Shown: positions 13,300-27,268, numbered from the whole stretch's first letter. The stretch is 63,369 bases of DNA, filler included, from Dicyema japonicum (GCA_011109175.1; 8 parts of 8 records of this genome joined end to end with filler, not necessarily neighbours in it); one strand, 5' to 3'. The notes: generated by a model from the sequence alone, not told the origin. Numbers and translations are program-made.

Positions 13300-14101
13300 A
13301 CTGATAAACAACACCATGAAACGGAGGAAATTTCAAGATAACATTGAGCAACACACATCACAACTAAATATGGAAGAAAGGACAGACATTCTCCTGGAAA
13401 AGTTGGCCAAGACCGTTATACAGTCCGTAACTGCGTTGATGAGAAGTTGAGGAACACTCGAAAACTCGGGTCGTTACTCGGCGATTCAGAAAATATCACA
13501 TTACGATAGATATCTGCCAAATTAGCACTTAAAAAATTACAATACATTTTGCTGTGAAAGAATCAAATTCCTACTAAGATGAGATTACGCTTATATAATG
13601 GATTTCTATGACCAGTACAACGCAGGCACATGGGGGACTTCAAAGAAAGACATGAAACAACTCGACTGGTTTCACAGAGGCCAAGCGAGAAACCTCCTTG
13701 GATACTTTTAACAAAGAAAATCTCAAACAATAAATTATACAGACTTACTGATTGTAGACTAATAAGTCTGAACGTACTTGATACCCGCTGGAGTTTTTTT
13801 GGACATATTCTAAGGATGGGTGGACAAACAACATGCAATGCCGCATTGGGAGAATTCTTCGGCTATACTGTATCTTCTACATTCCGAAGACGTGCAAGAA
13901 GTTGTCTTCTCAGGAACTTAAGGAGGATTATACTGTGTTCGAGGGCCGACTGATGGATGCAGAGGATCTGAACGAAATCATGAGGCGAGCACAACGTCGA
14001 AAGCGATGGAGAAGGATAGCGGAAAGAATAGTCGAAAAACATGGCACAGCGAAACCATAAACAGTGTTTACTGGCAACGCGGATGTGCTTTAACTAACTA
14101 A
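13300..14101 (+). mobile_element. RTE-clade LINE 3' relic
   Basis: KLGSLLGDSE, MRLRLYNGF, YNAGTWG, RWSFFGHILRM; ends in a TAACTAACTAA tail. Confidence 0.7.
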
Positions 14102-15099
14102 TCTGGTGATAAATGGACTTTCAATACAAATCCAAGGACAAAGTCATAATGTGCTTAATTAACAGCTCCTACTATTGGGACGAAGTTATGTCTGGTAATA
14201 GAAAATAAAGATGACATGTATGTACTTAGTAAAGACTTAGTGGTGAATCGTGGTGCTTAAGATATCCCAATGCCTGAATGCAGGAAAGAATCTCAGAACG
14301 AAAAGTATCTTGGAGTTAAAAGATAATTTTCCAGCAAAAAAAGTGACACATGTTAATCGAGGATCATCGCCTATCTGGTAGAACAAAGTGAGAACGTCTT
14401 TTTGCGCCAACCAATTCCATCGTCCAATAGAGTTATTAAGGATTCTGATTAAGGTTTCCACTTCTAATTTTCATTACATATCCTACACGCGGACATCAAT
14501 TCATTCTTCGGATGAAGATTTTATGATATTATTATTCACTAGTGGAGTTGGTCATGGAGAGGCAAGAAAGATCCCTTTAAACAACTGTGTCATTCCAGAA
14601 GTTCACTTCGCCTCACGAATTCGAACCCACGACTGTCAGATCAGATATCACCAAGCGTTATGTTCAGCAAAGATGGTCTAAGACAATGGGAGGGGATCTT
14701 TAATGAGACAAGTGAGGCTGGAAGCGGCCACATGTCATACTGATAATAGCAGATCGTTCACTTCGGAAATCCTAATCCAATTTACTAAATTTTCGCTTAA
14801 AGCAGGAGTTGTTGGACAATCCAAATAGAAATTTAATTAGCATGAAGTTTGGACGATAACAAACAGGTCAGATACAAAATAAGAAGTGATAACACAGACT
14901 CCGTTTGATGATTAATAGATAGGATAGTAATTCGTTGATTGGTTTGTTTGGTTTATATATCAGTATAATGAATGATTTTTACCATAATTAGGCGATTCAT
15001 GTTAAATGAATGTTAAATATGAGAGCTATTATTACTGGCTTGAATTGTAATTGAAATGAAATCTTTTTTTAAGACAAAACAGGAAATTATGTGATCCCG

Positions 15100-16600
15100 G
15101 CGAAATCCAATAAGACTCTCAGCTCGTCCGGTGGTCTTCCCTCGATCCAACACAAACACAAAGTGGACGATTGATCCTCTGGTATCGTTGAGTTTGGCTT
15201 CCTTTTCTTCTTATTAGGTCTTCCAAGGGGGTAGGTGTGGAATTTAGATCGCCTTCGATCCAGTTTTCTAACACAGAAAACGCTCTTTTTGGAAGTCTTC
15301 TGTTATTTGTAGAAAGTCTGGTGCCAAATTCTCGTTTTAGCATCAAATTTTCTTTTGTAGTTATGACTTTCGATTTTCTCTTTAATCTCTTCCTCGTACA
15401 CCCAATTTTTTAATTTATTAGAAATGGAACCATGGGTCAGAGTAATATATTCTTTTTGACAACAATCGATCATTCTTTTTTGCGTTAATGAGCTGTCTCC
15501 TGCAATCAGTTCCATTGTGGTTATGGACTCTGGCGTATTGAGGTTGCTTGTAAGATTTCATGCCAGTAAATCAAGTCATTTGATTTTTTCGGTTTAATCC
15601 TCTTTGGAAAAATTTGGTAGTAAACTTTGTCGGATATTGAGGATAATAGAGAATGAGGACTTTGGATGGGTTCCTCCAACATTTCACACCTTTAATGAAG
15701 CCATGTTGCGATTTTGATAGATTAATAAATTGATAGATGTGGTTAAGCACGAGTTTCCCCCAAATTTTGGAAGTGGCACAAAGAAGAGAAAAAGTCGGGA
15801 AAGATCCTGTATTGTGTGGATTTTTTTCGGTCTCAGAATAGGAATGACTCCTCTCGCTGAAGACTTGTGACATTTTTAATCAGATCACACATCCATTATA
15901 ATTGTTTCAAATTCTTTTGGTTTAGCGGAAATTTAATTTTCTTTTTGTGGACTCGATTATTCTTGGTGGAATGTTATCAGAGCTGTTTCTTCTTTTCTTA
16001 GCCCGTCTTTGTTTTATCAGAGATATCATCTCACAACTGAAAAAAGATTTAGTTAGGAATGCACTCACTTGGAATCCAATTTCGATATTAAAACATTTCA
16101 GAGTCATTCAGACTCAATCGAATTTAAATTTTCTACAAAAAAAAATTGGAATTGTTGAAATTCAGCCCAATTCCCTCGTTTGTGTTTGATATAGAATTTC
16201 AAGATGTATTGTCTCGAATAGAATTGATAAACAAAGGGATAGGATTCTTATTTTTTCGAGATATGTGCTAAGTAAAACATAAGGTGAGATATGGGAAGGT
16301 ATTTTAGAGCATGTGAGATGAATCCTACACAAGCCAGTACACCTCAACCGTTTGAGCCATTTGTTTGTTCTGTACTTATACAGGAGAATCCTTTGAATCT
16401 TGGTGCTGGTTTTGAATGAATTATACAAGTTTTTTTTAAGAAAGACGATGTCCACTTTGTGACTGGTCAGAAACAGCATGAGTACATACTGTTTACGAAA
16501 GATTCCATTAATATTCTGTTGTAGAATAGTAACTCCCTTAGAAGAAGCAGGGTAATACTCCAAGTCTACTGACAATATTAGAGAAGGTTCGGCTTATCGC
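15100..16600 (-). mobile_element. Internally deleted APE-RT LINE relic
   Basis: APE start ILQQNINGI...VDIVFL in ORF 16162-16575; RT start SLLCATSKIW...SQHGF in ORF 15571-15873. Confidence 0.7.
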
Positions 16601-16739
16601 CAGTTTGAATAGAGCCAAAGGGATTTTTCTGAGAGAAAATCCTTGTGAGGAATTAAAGGAAAGTCTTTAAGTTACAAAGAAAATATAACAAAATTTTCTC
16701 CACAAGGAGGTGACCCACATCCAAATTTCGAATTAGTCA

Positions 16740-17520
16740 GTTAGTTAGTCAAATGGACTCCCACGTTACCCACAACCATATAGTTAATGAACTTTCGCAA
16801 ATACGTAGAGTTCGCTTGTGCTGTCTCTTCACTATCCGTTGTACTATTGTTCTCACGCAACTTTCGACTTGGTACGTTTGCGTATATCACCGAGGTCGTC
16901 TGCTAGACTCATTTTTTCACTAATTTGGGCGTATTTTTTACCCAGGCCAAAAGTAATCGTAGATCTCTTCCGTCCACAAATGCCCCCATGCACTCTTCAC
17001 TATTCGTTCTACTACTCTTCTCACCCAACTTACGTATTCGTACGTTTGTGTAGTTTCTACCTCGCTTCCGTAAATATGTCTTGGAAGAATCACATTCCGA
17101 ATGACAAAGAGCATGGTATCACCATCCAACTTTAGGCTTCTAGTGCAGAACAGTGCTTGCACAGCCTTCTTATTTCGCTTTTCAATGTCCTTCAGGTATG
17201 ATCCTTTGTGATCTACTGCAATCCTTAGGTATTTCAGGGATTAAACTCTCGGTATGCAAAGAGTGTATGGCTCTTCGTGGTACCTACCCAGCTTGCTTAT
17301 CCGTAGGTAACTGGATTTTTCCGTAGAGAGTCTCAGAGTCCTCCGATCATACCAATCCTGGACTTTGTCGACAAAAGTTCCTAGTCGCCGCTCTGAAAAG
17401 TATGTCCTCAAAGACGAATCCAGAATTAAGATGTCATCCGCGTATATCATCTCGTCCCTGAAGAACATAATAATGTTCTGGCATTTTAATGACAAATTCC
17501 ACTATGGTCTTCTGATGATA
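16740..17520 (-). mobile_element. LINE reverse transcriptase relic (YADD region to 3' end)
   Basis: MIYADDILIL, SLKYLGI, VILPRHIYGSE; short-repeat tail at ~16735-16750. Confidence 0.75.
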
Positions 17521-18189
17521 AACTGTATAAACTAGAGGAGAAGTTTTCGTCGGAGATTGAAAGCTTCGTAGTCCTAAATGACCATCTCCAACACATCACA
17601 CGTATAGCGTACAATAAGACAATTCTAACACATCCCCCAATCTCTCCATTTGCTCCGAACATCGCTATCTAGACGTCCTGGCTAGTGTTGTATGACCTTG
17701 CTTCAGACCACTACCCGATATTATTGTAGGTCAATGGATTCAGAACAGAGATACTGTCTTACAAGGTGCGTGCGTTACGATGGAACTGTTAGAAATTCAG
17801 TCTGATTCTAAACTCGAAAGCAAAATACCTCGAAATGTGGATATCTGGCTTCTAATTATAGATTCCCGGATAGTTTACAAACTTCAGAAAGATTTCAAAA
17901 GATGATTATGGCAATGTTCGGTTTAACCTATGTGTTGACAGATGTTTCCTTTATGAAATCAACTAAATTTTCTCAGAAAACAAGGCTGACTTATGAATAC
18001 TTGTCATCTCTGATCAAGGTCTCTTATAAAATATTTTTTATGTCTAAAAAAAGCGTTATACCTTGCCGTAATTTCGGGAAGGAGGTACAAAGTCTCGTAT
18101 CTCGGATGAAGCAGCATCATTTGTAATGTCGAACTAATGTTGATATCCCGGAAAATCCGTCGAAACTAAAAGTGATTTAATCAGCGACA

Positions 18190-18370
18190 CCCTCCCAAAA
18201 CTGAGGGACGAGTCTTTAATCAATTTCAGTACTACGACAACGTCATCAAAGAAAAATTTGATTGATATGCAACTCGCTAGATACATATATTCCAGCAACA
18301 CTTCTTTTGCTGCTGTAGAACATCCGAAATTTGTCAAATTCGTCCAATGCTTATTCCTGGGTGTCGTTTA
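18190..18370 (+). mobile_element. hAT transposase fragment
   Basis: LARYIYSSNTSFAAVEHPKFVKFVQCL matches the hAT N-terminal motif. Confidence 0.55.
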
Positions 18371-20399
18371 CCCTCTTGTCATCAATTTGGTGGTCTAAAT
18401 TACGTTAATTAAGCCCCAAATGAATTTGAATCCAAATACTCGATGTTTCCGACACTTCCTTAATTCAACACATTGGGTTTTCGATGTCTTCTGGCTTTGT
18501 TTCTTTATCTATTCCGATGAGGAATAAGACAATGCCATTTATCAGTCATTAAGCAATTGTACATTCTGTGCAATCAAGGTACGTCACCATCTCAATTTTC
18601 TAAGGAATTAACATTCGCAATAAAAAAAGTATTATCCTTCGCGTCTCTTGTGCCACCCCAAGATGATCCGCTCTGTTAGACTCCTTCATGTTTTCGAGAT
18701 TGCGATTTTTCGGAAGCTGTCTAGATCATCAGCGTCTTCTAATGCCATTTTAACATGTTTTAGATAGATGTTCATTGTTCGTGGATTCCTTCTAAAAACC
18801 ACCCGAGCAGAAATATGATTGCATAATATCGTAAGCAGGGACGGTATTATTCTTCCATAGTATATACCCAAATAATCCCCATCGAATTTTAGTAATAATT
18901 TAATCCATGTGCTTCGATTTATAAACTGTGTATAGGTCTTGGTTTTTAATAAGTACGATTTCTCCAGGGTGAGTTTTACAAATACATCCAATTGAGGGAC
19001 GTCACCGCCTCAGCCAATAACTGGAAATAGTCATATCTTGATTTTTTAAAAATTACTGAAACATTTAGATAATGAATATGTCACATGGGCCAAGCGATAC
19101 CTATGGGCTGCCTGTTACATTAACCTTGAACCAAGATTAACTTCAATTAATTTTATAAATGATTTAATAACCACAAAAAATTAAATTTAAGTAATTTTTT
19201 TAGTCTACTCATTAATACAAATTTTTTATCTATCAAATTAAACTAGTTAAACCTCCACGCGATTATTCGATAAAATATAAATTATTTCTGCAACTGGATA
19301 ATACTGAGACTCAAACTTATCCAGTCGCAATGAGGGATTTGTTCCAAAGTCCTTTTTAGCCCGAACCTATTTATTAATGTNNNNNNNNNNNNNNNNNNNN
19401 NNNNNNNNNNNNNNNNNNNNNNNNNNNNNNNNNNNNNNNNNNNNNNNNNCTAAGATTTAGGAGAATATTCTTGCTTACATTTAACTTTCATAGAAATATT
19501 TTTGATGAATTTGAGTTTTTGTTTTGATTTATTTTTGCAAATACCGCTTTTAATTCAATGTTTAATTAATTTGTTGATCACTTTGACTTTTTACAATAGG
19601 ATTCCTTTGTTGGTTAACATTTTTTGTACTTTATTAAATTTTTTGTGTGCTTCATTTTTATAATTCACTAAACCCACAAATTCACATGAAGTGATTGCAT
19701 TCCAAAAGAGAATATTAAATGCCATCTCTTACTATCCTCGATTTCTGCCACAATCTCATAAATTCTTTGGTTTCAACTCCCTTTTCAGCGTTTAGGTCGA
19801 AATTTAGTACATTGGTTCTCACCTAAGCAGTGGGATTTTTATTTATTGATTATTTTTAATTTTTTATAGAAAGAACAAAAGTATTAATGGAAAATAGATT
19901 AAAAGGTTTTATTTAATTAAATAAAAATTCAATTTCTATACGACTGGAAATCAGTAATTGTTGCATCACTGAAGTTGATTTTTAGATATTTGGGTCTCAT
20001 CGGAAAATATTTTGTCGAAAAAGCATTCCATTAGAAAATCTGCTGTCAATAGCTACAATAACGATGGTTGAAAAATTCAAAGGCTTTGCAAGATTTTTAA
20101 ATAATTATACCCTGGAATAATTTTCTGCACTGTGTTCTTGTCTGGACATATTCTTTCAACTGAGATTACTCTTAAAGGTAAAATATTTTAATTTAATGTT
20201 AAATCAATTTATATATATTGGTTATGAATAATAATAATTCCAGATAGATGGTAACCCCTCTCATTCTATTAGAACAGTGTGTACCAACTCTTTCTTATTC
20301 CTCATCTCACATCAGAGTCAGTCGAAATGTCTCTGTTGGAGTTCAGTATGATCACGGCATTCCAGTTCTACAAGTTGGGAGTAGGAGAGGCCTACTCTT

Positions 20400-20645
20400 C
20401 ATCGTATACCTTCATCCCATGCTTATGTTCAATGAGATACTTTCAAGCGTTCTCTCAGAACAACCGATTTTATGTATGTCCTCGTTTATTCTTCAATAGA
20501 TAATTTATCAATATTATTCTTGAAACATCTTGAGACAACTCCATCCCATGTCAAAACAACTGGAATCATCCTCACTTGTCATTCATAGAGTAGCGAAAGT
20601 TCGTTTTCAAGCAAGTCATATTTGTGAAGTTTCTCAACTTCAACT
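20400..20645 (-). mobile_element. Second, diverged REL-type retrotransposon C-terminus related to the element at 745-2130
   Basis: Minus strand reads KYDLLENELSLLYE*QVRMIPVVLTWDGVVSRCF...YIKSVVLR.TLES. Confidence 0.75.
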
Positions 20646-22029
20646 TGCTGTAGTCGGTATTGTGAAGTAATTCTCACTTCGATTAAGGTTACTTCTTTCT
20701 TTTTTTGTCGTAAAAATATCAGATTTACTAAATTGGACATTTGTTACTGTCATAATCGACGTGCCAATTCTGATTTCGACATTTTGAGTGGTCAATAATA
20801 ACTGAATCGAATTTCCTTTCAATTTTTTGCGTCTTTTGATTTAAATTAAATATTCTTATTATTTTTTATTAATTTTAACAAATAATCCTGTCTCATTTTT
20901 GTCTCAGGTAAAAAAAAATTGCCGCGTGGCTCCATGTGGTGCTGCGTTGTTAATTGGTTTAATAGTGAAAAATCTAAAGACAACAAGCGAAGAAATACTT
21001 TTCTCTGCAATAGAAGATGCAGTCAAGACGATTTTAAGGAGAACCCAATAAGTTAGATTGATATTTAGTCCTTTAGTGGAGATATCAGGCACACCCTCAT
21101 GGTCTGTAATTCAGAGTTGATATTAGGAAGAATCACATGTGCTGTGTTGATAGTCTGGCCTTCTTTGGGGTCATTGGGAAGATCCACGTGGTCGTGATGA
21201 TTGTTGGTCTTCCTTTGATAATATTAGATGCAGAGTGAGTAGTACGGGATGACTTAGGATAAGTCTGAAATATAATCAACTGTATATTATGGGGATATTG
21301 GATTCCTCGTCTAACAAATCATTAATACACCTCAAACCTACTGTTTCGAAGGGCAATCGATTATTGAGGGATTCGGAGAACGGTTGTTTTAAAACCTTCT
21401 AGAATATCCCATACCTTCCACTTCCATAGGTTGAATTTGCCCATTGGAAAACTAAAAGACTACTTCTTCGGTAATGTTTGTATGAAATGATTAGCGGAAA
21501 AGGATTTTTGGAGGATTTCAGCTATTTTTAATCAACAGACCTGTTTTGGTGAAAATCTCATCCTTTTCGAACTGAACTAGAAATTAATGAACATATTAGA
21601 GGTGGAAATAAATTCAGTTATTCCGAAATCGAGAATATTGAATCTTTCTGATCCGTTCCTTTGTTAGCCTAAATAGAGAATGTGCTTTACAAGTTATTTT
21701 GTATTTCGGTGATTTCATAACTTTTGTGCAACAGGTTAAAAATTGTATTTATTTTTTTAGATAACTGCACAGAATCAGATTGTATATGCTTAAATTCTCT
21801 ATGAAAGAATGTATTTCTTTCAATTTCATTCTAATGTTATAAGACAGCACACCATTGACTATTAAATTCCGCCATTATTTAAATTTTATTATTAAATTAT
21901 TATTTTTATATTAGTTTTATATTAAAATATATTTTTTGAAGGAATTTTAAATTACAACCAAAAAAACAATGATTCGTATACTAAAATTTCTCGATGTACT
22001 CTCGTTTTCCTCTTATGGACTTTTTTTGA

Positions 22030-22260
22030 AGATGACTTTATTTGATAGGGATCGCACAGCGCCTGGGAGTTGATGTTTGTGTCGAATACCAATGTCATTA
22101 TGGAGGGATCGTCGATGTCAAAGTGCTGCATCCGCTTTCGTGCAAAACGAGTGCTGGCAGAGCACCCTGCCGTTCACTGAGGCAAAATCGCTCGAATGGG
22201 ACTGCACTGTTTTGGATTCTTTCTCGAACTCGATAATAATGGATCATGCTGGATCAGCAG
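22030..22260 (+). mobile_element. CRE-like non-LTR retrotransposon fragment (zinc-knuckle region)
   Basis: IGIAQRLGVDVC..QCHYGGIVDVKVLHPLSCKTSAGR. Confidence 0.7.
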
Positions 22261-23039
22261 CATATCTAGCCGAAAAAATCAAATTAAAAATTATGTGAAA
22301 TTGCAATCTTTTTTCGTTTTATATCAATGGCAATCGAACATCTGCTAGAAGTGTCACAGCCTCTTTCATGAAAAAAAACGGGGGAAATTGGCACAATGTA
22401 GAAAAGACGTGCGGGAAACGGTCTGGCTAAAGCAACAAATTGGGATTGCTTTATGCAAGGAAAATGTTTTGTACATCACTGTTCATTCTTTGATGCTCCT
22501 CGATTTTTTAAACCTCCTTGATCGTATAAAGTATCCTCAACTCGGTCAGATCGTCTCCATGTTATTTATCTCCATCAATTGTTTTTTGTAGTGTAACACT
22601 CACACATAAACATGATTTAATTCTCATAAAGTATCCTCCATTGCTATGCTGGCTGGAAGTTTGTGTGATATAAAGCATGTATTCAATAAGTAAACTCCGT
22701 GGAAATTAAACCCACGCAAATTCCTATCTTTCATCAAGCTGAATATCAAGTTATAAATCCTCTGCAAAAGCTTTGCTTATGTGTGTGAAAGTTATAACTT
22801 TTCCTTAAATTTCAAGACTACACAAACATCCGAGAATGTGCCTTCAGGTCGGAAGGAGTGATCACTACTCTCTGAGATCTGCTACAAGTAGACTCATATT
22901 AATTTCCCATTCTACGCGAATATTTTGAAATCTTAGTACCCGATGAAACATTAAAAGAATTACAATTGTGATTTTTACGGAGTATTTATCGGTTTTTGTC
23001 AAAAAAGGAATTACACAATTATCAATACTAAATGTGGAT

Positions 23040-23212
23040 CATAGCGCTGTGCAACAAGGATTGATGGCCCCTAGTTCGAATCTCGCTGCTGTATATTGCG
23101 TTGAAGGTTCCACGTATCTACGATGCTTTGGCTTGACGAATGACGCCGTAATCAGTGAATATATCACTGCGGAACCGTCTATAAAAAACATACAGACAAC
23201 AAAAAAAAGTGA
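23040..23212 (+). mobile_element. tRNA-headed SINE-like element
   Basis: A-box-like TAGCGCTGTG, B-box AGTTCGAATC; body aligns by eye to 42325-42485; CA/A-rich tail. Confidence 0.65.
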
Positions 23213-23558
23213 GAGCCTTTTTTGGTTTTCCCTGTACAATTAGTTATCATAACTGTTCTTTATTTAAATGGCTCTCTTTTAAAGTGCTGTTATGGATGCG
23301 GATAATCCATTCTGGCATAGGAAACCTAATATTAATACGGAGAACCTTGCAATTCTCAAAAATAACAAATATGATAGCATCATTACCTAATCTCAAACTG
23401 ATTTCCCTCAAACTACAGTTGAAATTGTCCTGTATCAAAGTGACTAAAAGAAAATCTGNNNNNNNNNNNNNNNNNNNNNNNNNNNNNNNNNNNNNNNNNN
23501 NNTTAATTAATTAANNNNNNNNNNNNNNNNNNNNNNNNNNNNNNNNNNNNNNNNNNNN

Positions 23559-24027
23559 TGCGCCACCTAAATTATGCAACGGAACGAGGTTAGTTATCAA
23601 AAATTTGATGGCTAACGTAATAGAAGCGACGATATTAACAGGTAAGTATAGAGGTGAGGATGCACTACAAATTCCGATGATTACCGTTTAGATTTAAAAG
23701 GCTGCAATTTGCGTTGAGGATGAGTTTTGCGATGACAATAAACAAGCCCCAGGGACAGTCATTAAAGGTAGTTGGCTTATTTTTAGAAAGCGACTGCTTT
23801 TCACATGGACAGCTGTATGTGGGATGCTCGAGGGTAGGCAGAAGAGAAAATTTATTCATATATGCGAAGGAAGGATGGACGACAAACATCGTTTATCAAC
23901 AGGCGTTAGAATAGGGTTACATCAAACCAGGTCGTTTTATATATCTGCATAAACTTATAGTTGTTTGGTAAAACAGGCCCTCCGCAGGAGCTAGGTCGCG
24001 GTGAGCGAAGCGAGCTGCCGAGCTAGT
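23559..24027 (+). mobile_element. Helitron 3' end: PIF1-like helicase C-terminus plus terminal GC-rich element and CTAG
   Basis: KLCNGTRL, FAMTINKPQGQSL, FSHGQLYVGCSRV, TTNIVY; GC-rich stretch then CTAGT at 24023-24027. Confidence 0.85.
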
Positions 24028-25044
24028 TAGTAATAATAATTAATCTAATTTTCGTGTGTTCTCTCGTCCTATAATTAAAACCGAAAAAAGAGAGAGAAAT
24101 TAATGAGACAAAGTATGCTTCTTAAAATTATATGTTAATTTTCATAATTTTTTTTATTCAAGATCTGAATTTTTCTGTGGCTCCCCTAAAATGTTCTGTG
24201 TCTCCCAAAGGGGGGCACTGCCTCCCCTTGGGCAGGGCTGGTTTAGACTGTATATATTTTGTCATAAAAGAGAAAACAGAATCCTAACCAAAAATAATAC
24301 ATATTCAAAAAACAGGGAACAATACAAAAATTTAGAACATGGAAAAGTACATTATTTTAAATGTTAATGACATATTGCTGTCATAAAAGGATTTTCCTCA
24401 TAACAGCCTCTCTTATTTATTTAAAATAAAAATTTTTGTTGTTGGTATCAAAATATTCTTTCACAAAAAATTGTTTTTGGAAAAAATGCATTAAAGTTGA
24501 CTATCTTTTCTGATATCGATATACATTTTCTTCATTAATATAATTAACCAATTTATTTCTGACATCGATATGAAAAAATAAAAAATGAAAATAATAAACG
24601 CGTGAAATGTTTGTTAGTATTAATAATTTATTATTAATTTAGTTTAAATTCATAGGTGCAGCCGCTGAGTTAAATTTCTTTAAATAAAATTTGAATTTAA
24701 AATTACCGTTCTAAATTATTCAATTTAAACGATATTCTTCTTTTTCTCATTATAACGACGACAATGACACAGATTGTCAAAATTGTAATACCAATAGGTA
24801 TGAAATAAAGCATTTTAGATGTTTTCACATTTAGTGCGTTCAAATTTGAATTTTCTCGACCCGAAGTGAACCGATGTACAAAATAATAACAAATATTTTA
24901 CATTTTGAAATGGACGAATTTTCTTTTGAATCAGAAAGTGAGCGGTCTAAAAAGGTGATTTGGAAAATATTATTTATAAAGAAATATTTTTACCAATTGT
25001 AGTTTGAGATTTTGTAAGAACATGTGAGCTATTTTTGACTAAAA

Positions 25045-25290
25045 GGTATTATTGAGTAGATATTTCACTCTCTAATGTAGTCGGAAATTTTGTCGTGATA
25101 TTTGTGCTCTTATGGACTAAAAAGCGATTATTCAGTAGATAATTTACTCTCTAAAGTAGTCGGAAATGTTGTCGTGATATTTGAGCTCTTATGGACTAAA
25201 AAGCGATTATTCAGTAGATAATTTACTCTCTAAAGTAGTCGGAGATTTTGTCGTGATATTTGAGCTCTTATGGACTAAAAAGCGATTATT
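25045..25290. repeat. 79-bp minisatellite, at least 3 copies, runs into a gap
   Basis: TCGGA anchor at 25081, 25160, 25239. Confidence 0.9.
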
Positions 25291-25512
25291 NNNNNNNNNN
25301 NNNNNNNNNNNNNNNNNNNNNNNNNNNNNNNNNNNNNNNNNNNNNNNNNNNNNNNNNNNNNNNNNNNNNNNNNNNNNNNNNNNNNNNNNNNNNNNNNNNN
25401 NNNNNNNNNNNNNNNNNNNNNNNAATGAAATAATAATAGGAAGGCCTTCCCAATAAGCCTATGTAAATAGTCATAAATATTCGAATGATAAATAAAATTT
25501 TTAAATATTAAG

Positions 25513-25887
25513 TTGTTTGTGGTGGTGCAAAACACGGGGATGTCAAAAATATGTTTGAGTGAAAATGCAAGGGGACTGTTAGCCAGCAGAATGAGACACT
25601 TTTTGGAGAAAGAACGGAGCTACAAGGGATCACGTGTGGCCCTCAACAACTACCTACTCCCAAGCGCCAAGAGACCTAAGCCATTTCCCTACATTCCCTA
25701 TGTAATGCGACTGATGGAATCGTGGAAGCAGAATGGGGTGGAGAGCAGTGCATCTGATGACCTGATAAGGGATCTGAGGGACTACTATCGTTCATACGTA
25801 TTGACACGTATAAAGTATATTAGAAAGACACTCTCCTGGCAAATAAAGCCCAAAAATCGACGACAGACATCACCACTAACCAAATAA
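25513..25887 (+). CDS. Unassigned 124-codon ORF, possibly transposon-derived
   Basis: Open frame with higher GC than flanks; no motif recognised with confidence. Confidence 0.2.
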   Translation: MFVVVQNTGMSKICLSENARGLLASRMRHFLEKERSYKGSRVALNNYLLPSAKRPKPFPYIPYVMRLMESWKQNGVESSASDDLIRDLRDYYRSYVLTRIKYIRKTLSWQIKPKNRRQTSPLTK

Positions 25888-26148
25888 ACACGGCTATGCA
25901 AAAATTGGATCCTCTGGCCACACGGAAGAGAAATACAATTCGGGGAAAAATATTGACGTATCGTTTGAGATAAAATTTGACTATAAACTTGGTTTAATAG
26001 TATTAAAAATATCAAAGTCTATAAATAATCCATTAATATTAATGATATACATTTAATTAAGAGCTTCCGGTAGTAAAGCTGAGATAAGTACACTAGACAA
26101 GTCTCTGCGTGTTACTATTGATTAAGTCTGGGAATAAAAATAAACAAT

Positions 26149-26486
26149 CATAATTTATTGTCCAGGAAATATATAGAAAATGAAAGTAAATATTAAAATT
26201 ATCTGAAATAATTGAAATGCTCATTCTGCAAGTCGAATGAATTTCTAGGGGAGTCGAAGGGTGTGTAAAAATTGAAGGGATCAGAATAGAGAGATGGATT
26301 GACAGGGCAGTCGAATGCATAATTTATTGTCCAGGAAATATATAGAAAATGAAAGTAAATATTAAAATTATCTGAAATAATTGAAATGCTCATTCTGCAA
26401 GTCGAATGAATTTCTAGGGGAGTCGAAGGGTGTGTAAAAATTGAAGGGATCAGAATAGAGAGAAGGATTGACAGGGCAGTCGAATG
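26149..26486. repeat. 169-bp tandem duplication overlapping the MEX3 3' end (1 mismatch)
   Basis: 26149-26317 repeated at 26318-26486. Confidence 0.9.
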
Positions 26487-27268
26487 ACCTGTGTGTCCGA
26501 TACACACTCTTCCAATTAGGAGGATTAGCATGATCCCAGTACTCGGTGAAGGGACTGCTGTGTTGCATTACAGAGGGGAAATGAGGAAGAAAGTCGACCT
26601 CACTGTATATGACATCCGGTAATGGATTGTCTTGAACGTGATCGTTCTCAATGGTCTCGATCTCCGACAGAGTGAGAAGGATGGAGTCGATTTCGTTATC
26701 CTCCAACACCCCAGTCCTGATTCGGACATGAGTTTTGATCTCGTCATAAGCAGAGGTCACATCCTCCGCAATTCCGGTGATCTCAAAAACGGGTTCCTTG
26801 TCCCGACTGGGAGTGACAATGTAAGTGTTGGTGTCCTGCTGAATACGCTTTATAGTCATTCCCCTCTGCCCCACAATTAGTCCCACCACTTTATAGGGCA
26901 CTCGCACGTACCCCACGACCTGTCCTTCACCACTCGTTTGCTTGTTCGACCGAATGTTGGAAAAGTGGTTGGCCGCACTTTCTATTTCACTCGCCGCCTG
27001 TTCGACATCCTCACTCTGCCCTGTCACGTAGAAGACTGGGTCAGTTCCTCGCACTGGTGTCTTTATGTATGTGTTTGTATTGGCTCGAATTGCCTTTATT
27101 TTACAACCTATTGCTCATCACATTCCAATCACCTTGTCTCCCCACTATTTCAGCTACGTGCTCTGAACTGGCCACTTTGACGCACTTGGTCACATTCGTC
27201 CCCTGTCTCCTCTCACTCAGAACATGGAGAGGGGACATATTATCTCTCATACAAGACTGGGATAACAT
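26368..27268 (-). CDS. MEX3: MEX-3 family RNA-binding protein (two KH domains), 2 exons
   Basis: [13 protein letters not shown] | 25-nt GT-AG intron 27108-27132 | [20 protein letters not shown]; KH2 [45 protein letters not shown]; first in-frame ATG at 27268. Confidence 0.95.

Noticed and set aside
20900-21900. Possible THAP, APE and pogo scraps
   Set aside because: Only a few residues each; not enough to call
22968-23243. Hydrophobic ORFs on both strands suggesting a membrane protein
   Set aside because: They overlap a SINE copy; incidental frames
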